Positions 56,401 through 64,000 of a stretch of 64,000 nucleotides of DNA are shown piece by piece. The stretch lies in contig CAIIXF020000001.1 in the NCBI GenBank assembly GCA_903813345.2, positions 3,968,001 to 4,032,000 of the forward strand, read 5' to 3'. A program made the translations under genes and the position numbers. The notes beneath the pieces were generated by a model, which was not told where the DNA came from, made no database searches, and worked only from the letters and a program-made list of their open reading frames with translations. The DNA is from Owenia fusiformis. Lineage: Eukaryota. The stretch's first letter is position 1; each line of letters begins with the position of its first letter.

Positions 56401-59400
56401 AAAAAATAAAATAAAGTTATTTCATGTGACTTGTCTAAAGATATATGGCATTAACCAGGAAAGTTATGCACTGTTCCTGTGGTGTGAATATGTTTTAAAT
56501 GTGAAAGCAAAATATAAAAGTGTAAAAATAGGGTCTTGTATTACATATTTTCACTGAAAGTTATCAAGGTAAAAATTTTACCTCTTGCTCATAGAGACCA
56601 GTCCCGCAAACAGAGCAATGTTTTCATGGAGAGTATTATGGCAGAATTCCCGTTGAACGCAGAAATCAAGCACCTGACCTTGATATAGGGGTTGCAGCCA
56701 GGCTTGTCTTCAACTAATGCAACCTCATTATTGTTCATGTGCCAGAACCGCAAAAGTAGCTGAAATCGGTCTCTCGTAAAGTTTTTTCCTAACTGGGGGT
56801 TGCCTGATTCCATCTATAATGAGAAAATGCATAGAGGTTATTTACTTGGAGGGATTGAACGTGGGGTTTATTTCCCTAGGATCATGATTTCTCATTTTTC
56901 GAATTTTCTTTTCTAAAATTAAATTCTTTTTCCTTCAAAAATCTTCATTTTGGGCCAAATTTTTCATTTTAGGCCGAATTTTCATTTTTTCATACACAGT
57001 ACTTTATATCATTTTACTTCATGATTTGAATTCATACATTACAAAATGATATTATTTTTTTTATCTAGTGACCTGTTTCTGTACATGACCTATAAAATAC
57101 TCTATAATCAGTCTTCTGATTAGTCTAATTAATCTTATGAAAAGGTTATAGTGTCACAATAATGGCAATACACATATGTTCAGGGTTGGCTCTGGAAATT
57201 GACTTGCGGGACTTGAATTTAAATAAATGAGCTTTGGGTCCACTTTTTTCAAAAATGCCAAAGAAAAGTACAAAGAAACTGCCTCTCAGCCTTTAGGCCG
57301 AGAATGACACCTGCCTTTCCCCTTGACCATCAGTGATAAAACAAACATTACCTTGTTTTTGTCCAATATGACTCCAGTGTTGCTTTCTGAATCAAACACA
57401 TATTTAGCAGCATCTCAATGAAGGCTTTCATTCAGAGATGGATGTACTGTATTTTCCCACTGTATAGCCTACTGCAATCTTTGAGAAACTCCTCTTCTCT
57501 TTGTGCTGTAAAGGAAAGATCATTGTATATAAATATTTATTCTATAATTATAATAGCATGTTTTCCCTGGGAAATAAATAAGATTTCGCATCAGGCAAAA
57601 TCCTGTATCAGATCCCGTATTGGATCCGATATCAGAAGAATTCAATTGTATCATTTTATATCACACCATCATTGGGTGATGACATTCAAAACTTATAAAT
57701 AAGTTTCAGTTGTGTTGGAGTATTAATATTTTCCCTGAGAAAATATGATATTGATCTCGAAGAATATCACTTTGACACTTGGGCTATTGCCCTCGGTCAA
57801 TATGATATTTTCCTTGGCCAATATTATATTTTCCCACAGAATAAAATTCATATACCATCTCTCCCATTAAATAATCTCTATATAACATAACATTTGCTAT
57901 ATACAAGGAAGTAGCCATAATGGAAATGAGGGAAATTTCAAAAAAAATATTTATACTGAAGCTGAAGTAGAGTGTTTACCTAAATTTAAATCTGCCTCTT
58001 CCAGAGATCAAATTGATTTTATTGGGGCAATACTAGAATAATGTGCTTTCCTTTATCTTCACAGACTTAATATACACATATTGTCCAAATAAATGTTTTC
58101 CTGAAAAATGGTGGTGAGGCAAAAGCCTCACCTGTCTCAAGTTTGGCTTCACCCATGTTACGGGTACAGGTACTGTATAACTACCTGTATGAATACAGTA
58201 GATAAAAAATTATTGGTACATCCCTTTTGATATACAAATATGACCTTCATGCTGAACACATACTGTTAAACACTTTTGTACATGTTGTAATGTATTGTAA
58301 AACAGTACATTGTACTGTACTATACTACATTAATTATAATCAATATCATAAACCTTGTACATGAATTGCAATTATGTACTATACTCTAGTAATATTGGTA
58401 AACACTGAAACACTGTTTAATTGCCTACCTGTACATTGCAGTTGTTCAGCATGACATTACACTGTACTTTCAGCAGTCATATGATCCCAAACTCCATCCA
58501 TGTATTAATCAAAGTAAATATCATTGATGCGGCATTTGGTATTGTTTGCTTTGTCTGGTTCCTAAAACATATATTGTCAGCTATACATGAAGTTCACAAC
58601 AGTATAGCTCTTCACTTTATTCAGTGACTGACTATGTTGTAGTCAAAGCAGGGATTAAAAAAATAAATTGAGGTGGGACAACTAAGGCAAAACTGGACTG
58701 AAATACAACATTACTGTAATTCAATTAAAAAACATCTGACACAGATTGGAACATAAATAAATAAATGACAGGTGGATTTGCTGAAGTGAGGATTTCCAAT
58801 GTTAAAAATGTTGGAAAGTATGGGCTTTCAGATGGCCATGGTTGGTGATAGAAAATCCACCTGTCCACTCGAGTCTCAAGCCAATTCTCACGATATAATG
58901 TACATGTAGTGGCCTTAGAAGAAGGTAATTCCCAACTGTATTTGTCTTTGAAAAAGTTTGCTATCAGCTCTAGATGCATGGATATTGTACATAGCCACAC
59001 ACGTCAATGTAAAGGAGTATTCGGTATACTAGTATATGTATTGGATTGTCCATGGCAATGAAACAGTGCAATGAAATAGTACAATGAAATGATAAAGAAA
59101 CAATAAGAAAATCAAAAATAAAATTGAAAAAAAATTCATGAATTCTGCAGTTCATTAGTGGTTTAGACACTATAGAGCCATAAATATCGTAAAATCAATA
59201 AATATTTGTTATCAGATATAATACATACAGTACCTTTCTCTGTGTCATTACATTGCAAAAAGACAATGATCCCTCAAGAATATGCGATATATTGAAGAGC
59301 AAATTTGTTCATTTTTAACCTGGATGGCGCCATTTTGAATGTCACATGATCACCATGATCAAGTCATGTGACTTAGTTTTCCAAGTATGTTATTTGCTCT

Positions 59401-62400
59401 ATTTACACTCTAAATAAAATATGTTCGATAATAGTATTCATCTAATAGTTAGATGAAAATAATTCAGTTCAAATAATTCAGCTGATAACTTACAATGTCG
59501 ATTATAATTGACACAACTCAAAAAAAATCTTGACTGGAATTTTTCTGGTCCTCCCGGGCTATTTACCTTATCAAATTGTAATCTTTCCTTTGATTGCTGA
59601 GGTCCAGGGACACATCTTCACTGATTACAAGGTATGGGAATATTCCCATCATCATCTGACTTGCTTCGGACACCAGAGAGATCAAAATCACTATCAAATA
59701 GGCTCTCAATAAAAATCACTGCCATCGTCATTTAGTGCCGCCATTTTTCCCGCCAAATATTTGTTTGAAAATTTGTTTTTATTTTTCCTGTTTTTAAAAA
59801 CTCGATCAAGTTGAGAAAAATGAACAAACAAGCACAGTGTTTCGAAATATTTATTGTTTTAGACATATAATATCATGTTTATTTGTGAAGATCTGCATGT
59901 CTTACATAATTACTGAGGGGAATCCCCTTTTACATGGGAATGACGTAAAGCCGATCTCATCGGCTTTAGCACTGAAGCAAAGGTTTTTCAGAGCCGATTT
60001 AATCGGCTCTCGCAAACACAAATGTGACGTCAGAGCCGATTAAATCGGCTCTCGCATTGACGGGGTTAAAGAGTAAAGGTCCCTTATAGGAAGGTACAAA
60101 GTATGAATGAAAAACCTTTACAAAAAAAGATAATACAAGCCAGTAGGGGTCAAATAAAGTTCAACTGGGTCTGAACTTATTGTCCCAAAGACAAACTAGG
60201 CTAACCTAGATTTGACTGTTAGCTAAACGTGTTGCTTGAAAATAAAATCCATGGAAGGATTTCCTAAAAACTGACCTGTTTCTAGTGTTAGAAGTACACT
60301 AAAATACAACCACAAATGAGCTCACTGCACTGAAGAATGACTTGTGACTCTGTCCAAGTACCTTCTGCTGCTGAAGAGGCCCTGCTGAGGTATAGTCTTG
60401 AAGATCTACCATGGGATGGTGGGCACCAACTCCAGGCCTGTCAACTTGGGAACACCTAACATGAGTGACTTGGAAATGTTGAACACCTCCCCTCAAAATG
60501 TGGACACCTTGGTCCAAATCTGAACACCTTGATCCAAATTTTGAACACCTTGGTTTAAATTTTATTACATCTTGCCAAATTTTGAACACCTCAAATTTTT
60601 CGCGCTCGCTACGCTCGCGTTTCAAATATCCATCAACGGGGGGGGGGGGGGGGGTAGGTACGAAAATTTTCGGACGGAATGCGTGACATATCCATAATTC
60701 GCGTGAAAAGTCCGAACGAAATGCGTACGTTTTTTTCCCGTCGTTCGTATTTTTGCTGTGTAGACGATCTTTTTTAGAAAATTTTCTCCAGAAATATTTT
60801 TGCTTGACAATTACCAGGTAAAATGCGTATTTGCGTGACATTTTCTGTCACGCAAAAATAACTGGCGTGACTTCAAATTCTTCAGCAAATGCGTGACAAA
60901 TACGCAAATTGCGGGACAGTTGACAGGCCTGCAACTCCCTCAGTAAACTGCTACTCAAGTTGTGCATGCTTCTAATATGCACCTTGCTGTCCCAAAGATC
61001 GGCTACTTGGTCATCTGTGCCAGTTCAGATTGTAGATTTTCCGACTTCTGTAGACTATCACATTGACAAGGTTCCCGTAACAATCTGGTAACCCCTAGTC
61101 CTGCATATATCTGCCATCAATTTACCAATTATCTAAGAAACTTCTAGCAGATAGAGTAAAAAACTGGACTCTAAAATTTTTCCACTTTTCCATACATAGG
61201 CAAGTACAATTATGAAGATATAGCATATAAAGGGGTGTTAGGTCAGTTGACCTAGAGGGATTCAGGTTATCCTGTTGTTTTTGGACTTGCCCATTTTTCC
61301 AAATTAGGGGTATTAGCATATGTCATGGAATAGGTTGGATTGTATGTAATAGGTTCCTTTTAACTTGAACAATAAAAATATTGGAATATCTAATAATGAA
61401 AATCAAGATCTAGCCTATTAAAGGACTGCCATGTGTTATAAAAAGAAAACAAAAATTAGTTGATTATTTTCCAACAGGTTACTTTTAGTTAGTTCAGGTT
61501 TGCACTGAGACTCACCTGTGCATGTTTGTCCATCCCCAGTGTAGCCATCGGGGCAAGGATCACAAAGGAATTCTAAACCATCGGCACTGTCGCTCACTTC
61601 CTTTGGTGTACGGTCCTTACAACCTTCAAACAATTATCACTCTAGTTTTAAGAAGATTCAAATTAACTTCTCAACATTTCAGTTCAACCTATATGAAATG
61701 ATTGTAGGAATTGTTAAAGTACAGGTATGTGATGTGCAGTAAAAAGTAACTGTAAAATCAAAATCCCCTTTGACCCCTTTGCCATCCTCTGTAATGCGAA
61801 GGTAATATCATGTTTTTTATCTTTTAGTTCTATTGTTGGACAACTTATTATTTCAATGTTTCCAAGCTTGAAAGAAGAGGTGGAATTGAATTAAATGATT
61901 CTCTAGTGATTCACTTGTAAATCACGAAATTTTTCTATTCCACTTTCTATGTCTCTTTTTCACTAACGACTGATGAGTTGGAGACACAAATTTCACAATA
62001 TTTACCTCCAAAGCATGGAGATGTCGCACAGCCATCCAAGTCATCAGAGCATGACTCCCCAGACCAACCATTGTAGCACTGACAGGAGGCATATCTAAAT
62101 GTACCCTCACCACCCTAAATGGGAAAAGATGTAGAATATTACGTAATACATGCAGATTGGTCTTTCAAAAGTCAATTTACATTTAATACAACATTATAGA
62201 AAATTCTGGAAATTGTATTATCCCCTATTCATTACCTATATCATTACCTTTGGTAGATCATAGTGACAAAGGCCTTCATGGTTGCACGCACACAGTATTA
62301 GAGTAGGACGCATGACATCATACAGGCCACTAGAATCTGTTGCTATGATCTCTAGCTGCACAATATCTGAGCCAGGTAGCCACTGAAAGGTCGCTTCATA

Positions 62401-63612
62401 TGCACCAGGTGATGATGGGCTCTCATTAGTTATTAACTCTCTCCTGTCCACTTCACCAGTGTTACTTGTCAGAGATACAGTGATTGAAACCTAGAATCAA
62501 TATTTTTAATCTATATGGTGGAAATGGTGGAAATAAAATTAATTGTAGGGCAGAGTTTCACATTATCAATATCAGGGCTCAAAAATTCTCAATTAAGTAA
62601 TAATATTTTTAAGAATAATCACTCAAGTCTTTATACAACAAGAATATTCGAAAATAATTAAATGAATCCTAATTGGTTTAAAACAATGGCTACCTGTTGG
62701 CTATAACGATCATAGGCAGCTAGTGGAATAAACATCAATTGGTTTGCCTTGGCCTCAATTCTCTCAAGGACTGTTAGAAAGATGGGTGGTCCATCACCTA
62801 AACAAATACAAAGTTACACAAAAATGTGTCTTGTTAGTGGAATATATCATTTCCTATTTAAGTTATTAGAAATAAATTCAAATGATTAAGTAAAATACAA
62901 GCAAAATAGTAGCATGGGCGACTGAAACAGATTTTTTCATGTAAAATATTCAAAGATAAAGCATTTAATAAAGATTTTATTCAGTGATATCTAATGCATG
63001 ATATTTAATACATAGTAACATGTGTCACTGCAAAATTTGGTGTATATAGGTTGGGAAATAATAAAAAAGTGGCGAATTTTGGCCCACCATGTATTTGGTA
63101 CCCTCTCTTTCCATACCATTTTTATTATTCGAACATAAAACTGATGTGCAGAGTTTGATGTGGGTTCTGTATGCAACAGAGTGAAAATACATACATATTC
63201 ATCACATACATAAACTTCATAAAATTAAAAATTCCTAAAGTCAATTGTTATGTTACTATGACATCATTCTCTATCCATGGTATTACTATAACATCTCTTT
63301 TAAAATAGAAAATAACCCACTTACTTAATCTTTCATTGATAGAATCAAATGCCTCATTCTGGCTACTGATCCTTGATGCTGCCAATGGGTCTTCATACAT
63401 GATCATATCAAATAAACATGCATTGGACACTGGTGTGTTGTTATATAAAACGCAGTGTGCCAACTCTGAAGCACTCAATGTTATTGGGTCAACGATGTAT
63501 GGGTTGAAGTCAGGTCTGAAGTAGCTGTTAGCATTGTCAGGCTCCTGAGGATATATGCTGAATAAAGTGCCCTTTGCAGCATTTGTAGGCCCAAACACAA
63601 ATCTTAGGGACC
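26402..63612 (-). CDS. Mucin-like/fibrillin-like EGF-repeat transmembrane protein (~20 EGF/cbEGF, TSP1, furin-type site, TM, acidic tail); 5' end outside the window
   Basis: 28 GT-AG exons in continuous phase (4406 nt, ~1467 aa): 63325-63612, 62694-62797, 62248-62490, 62006-62114, 61516-61623, 48902-49039, 47666-47800, 47185-47439, 46789-47046, 46495-46614, 44903-45028, 44609-44734, 44163-44285, 43493-43621, 41965-42168, 41681-41812, 41004-41135, 40604-40735, 40150-40278, 39702-39839, 39034-39159, 37811-37987 (TSP1), 37321-37385, 36974-37080, 34685-34777, 33099-33255, 26855-27057 (TM), 26402-26750 (stop). The CLFD...PPIF...F.W...LCAC region upstream of the EGFs resembles the post-VWD part of MUC4-like invertebrate mucin-like proteins (recognition, not a search result). 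Confidence 0.88.
26855..27057 (-). CDS. Transmembrane exon of the mucin-like gene
   Basis: ...[30 protein letters not shown]; ttatttag acceptor, gtgagt donor; in phase with 33099-33255 and 26402-26750. Confidence 0.85.
27255..27850 (+). repeat. Degenerate interspersed repeat family with ~160-bp internal repeats; second copy at 29920-30336 continuing at 32940-33050
   Basis: Shared aaaatgaggtacat...gaacatttt(t)agac...aaaagtgat...ttgttaacctat blocks. Confidence 0.55.
28255..29430 (+). CDS. HS3ST: Heparan sulfate glucosamine 3-O-sulfotransferase-like type II membrane sulfotransferase, intronless, nested antisense in an intron
   Basis: 391-aa ORF; N-terminal TM ([18 protein letters not shown]); PAPS 5'-[27 protein letters not shown]; 3'-[13 protein letters not shown]-terminal C...[17 protein letters not shown] overlapping the stop. 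Exact orthologue not assignable. Confidence 0.9.
   Translation: MEENKNQDNKNGFKMSRIEPRVSICICISLLFLCGFIFMTYQNQTFQNSFENLNENGQYFDLKPLMKPMNKEQSKTLIGLSVKQKKPVVNQEKSNKPQKHQNIATNEYLTKRPKYMEGDVPVGKVEKLPGVILIGIQKCGTAALKSYLRIHPSMISGKKHETHFFDRQINHNQPFEEEMKIYMEEFPKVLPNKTVFEKTPAYFDLADPYDLYRMNSTLKLILLVCDPVRRVISAYMHNKAHGRYAKDKSYEDYIFDKDGRVNTTAQVIIRSRYDKSLERYLKYFPINQFLIIDNKFLLNQPTLAMQDIEKFLGLNKFYTKETFYFNETIGFHCINPSIQPVNGGCMKGNKHRVHPNVSEENVLKLQQFFQPINDKFMKLAGTSMPSLKYFK
30337..32936 (+). mobile_element. 5'-truncated LINE (RT) with stop and frameshift lesions
   Basis: WFDKNC; ORF 30690-32348 with [33 protein letters not shown]; frameshifted C-terminus 32321-32662 (LRISSHKL...RICKLC...[10 protein letters not shown]); aataaataaa tail. 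Confidence 0.9.
33473..33650. mobile_element. hAT-like MITE with apparent 5-bp TSD
   Basis: TIR cagacccgtagccagg / cctggctacaggcctg; gaaaa at 33468-33472 and 33651-33655. Confidence 0.65.
35021..36340 (+). mobile_element. Helentron-type (HINE/DINE-1-like) element with 135/155-bp tandem repeats and a (GGAC)n microsatellite
   Basis: Units at 35081, 35216, 35351, 35506, 35641, 35796; microsatellite 36190-36298; subterminal IR atcccatcgaac (35048-35059) / gttcgatgggat (36324-36335) with 3' hairpin. Confidence 0.8.
37811..37987 (-). CDS. Thrombospondin type-1 repeat exon of the mucin-like gene
   Basis: [32 protein letters not shown]...C; WxxWxxW and RxRxR motifs. Confidence 0.92.
38074..39090. 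repeat. 77-bp tandem array (~13 units) made of an exon 3' end plus its splice donor
   Basis: acctgtacatgc core at 38110, 38187, 38264, 38341, 38418, 38494, 38571, 38648, 38725, 38802, 38879, 38955, 39032; the last unit is the true exon end. Confidence 0.95.
39034..49039 (-). CDS. Block of 16 phase-1 EGF/calcium-binding EGF exons of the mucin-like gene
   Basis: Repeated D(I/V)(D/N)EC...C.N..G(S/G)Y.C.C..G(Y/F) modules, each exon symmetric phase 1 with canonical splice sites. Confidence 0.92.
44272..44418. repeat. 29-bp tandem repeat (~5 units) spanning a splice acceptor
   Basis: acactcatcaacatctgcagaaaacatga repeated; on the minus strand tcatgttttctgcag|ATGTTGATGAG. Confidence 0.8.
45550..46290 (+). 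repeat. Degenerate interspersed repeat with internal tandem units; homologous copy at ~5165-5510
   Basis: Repeated aaaatgg(t/c)ggccattttgaatt...gcagaggt...gcctataaaattt blocks. Confidence 0.55.
48183..48764 (+). mobile_element. Internally deleted mariner element (transposase C-terminal remnant)
   Basis: TIR cgagggaagatccaaaagttt...gcctaacatagttc with matching right end; TA at 48181-48182 and 48765-48766; remnant QDNAP and [33 protein letters not shown]...[14 protein letters not shown]. Confidence 0.92.
51880..52510. repeat. ~210-220 bp tandem repeat (3 units) inside the DIRS-like element
   Basis: aaaacatg...tttatccaa...ccagcc...ctagttaaa...actggagt...caatccaggccc repeated three times. Confidence 0.8.
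54030..60069 (-). mobile_element. Decayed piggyBac-like element with intron-containing transposase remnant; left end not found
   Basis: Right end ...cgggg|TTAA at 60061-60069 with three palindromic gagccgat(t)taatcggctc boxes; minus-strand remnants [10 protein letters not shown] (~59745), [23 protein letters not shown] (~57351-57506, flanked by ag/gt), [21 protein letters not shown]...[10 protein letters not shown] (56589-56813), Cys-containing C-terminal remnant ~55050-55250; left boundary approximate. Confidence 0.75.
60433..60931. mobile_element. hAT-like MITE with 6-bp TSD and asymmetric subterminal repeats
   Basis: TIR caggcctgtcaact / agttgacaggcctg; caactc at 60427-60432 and 60932-60937; left half tgaacacct repeats, right half gcgtgac repeats. 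Confidence 0.8.
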
Positions 63613-64000
63613 CTATAAATACATGTTTACTGTATAAACCATACACAAATAATTGTATGAACTAATATATATGTAGAAGCATAATCCATGTTTTTTTAAA
63701 CAAGAAATATAATACACAAATGTAAAATACAGAAATGGTTGTATTTGTTTTATATCTGAATGTTGTGAGCATTTTTCATCTTTTTTTGCCTTTTCTCCAA
63801 TTCCTAATGAAACCCAGCAGTCCAAACTCTTTCGAACACCAGTAAGTCGCAAGTTGAAGGTTGAGAGTGAGGGTCACAGGTTAATCGGTTTTTATAGCAT
63901 TCCATTATTAATGACCATGTTTCAATTATGGGAGCAAAATCATTCAACAATCCAAATGACCAGATTTGACTGATTGATGGATTGAAAGCCCATGATATGA

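Larger units (their letters stand above)
49256..61350 (-). mobile_element. DIRS1-like (tyrosine recombinase retrotransposon) non-autonomous element, 12.1 kb, with nested insertions
   Basis: Identical 133-bp inverted terminal repeats at 49299-49431 and 61204-61336; internal complementary region 49477-49568 matching both outer ends; aat at both junctions; only faint decayed coding motifs at ~49700-51800. Confidence 0.85.

Noticed and set aside
60299-60841. 180-aa minus-strand ORF
   Set aside because: Runs through a repeat-rich MITE and a poly-G tract; no recognisable motifs.
61624-61645. Upstream acceptors (ctag, agag) for exon 61516-61623
   Set aside because: Both introduce in-frame stops given the phase-1 upstream donor; only ttgtttgaag keeps the frame.

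Overview
AT-rich, intron-containing invertebrate-like animal genomic DNA; no prokaryotic features, CRISPR array, rRNA or tRNA were recognised. Exon models were built by hand from splice sites and reading-frame phase. Three host genes are present. (1) A minus-strand single-pass receptor with a kinase-homology domain of the receptor guanylyl cyclase type and an unusually short Cys-rich ectodomain (10 exons, 10566 to <1). (2) A large minus-strand mucin-like/fibrillin-like membrane protein: about 20 EGF/cbEGF modules, a TSP1 repeat, a furin-type site, a TM helix and an acidic tail (28 in-phase exons, 63612 to 26402, 5' part outside the window). (3) An intronless heparan sulfate 3-O-sulfotransferase-like gene nested antisense in an intron of gene 2. 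The rest is mostly transposon-derived: LINEs (one nested in another), a 12-kb non-autonomous DIRS-type element carrying a decayed intron-containing piggyBac, mariner, hAT and pogo-like MITEs, and Helentron-type elements with internal satellites. The most interesting object is a 1245-bp element at 16343-17587. It has a 5-bp TSD, perfect 48-bp TIRs starting with an RSS-heptamer-like CACGGTG, subterminal boxes whose spacing differs by 10 bp between the ends, and remnants of two convergent spliced genes. This looks like an internally deleted Transib/RAG-like two-gene transposon, but no RAG1 or kelch motif is visible. Also notable: tandem amplification of splice sites at four exon borders of gene 2.
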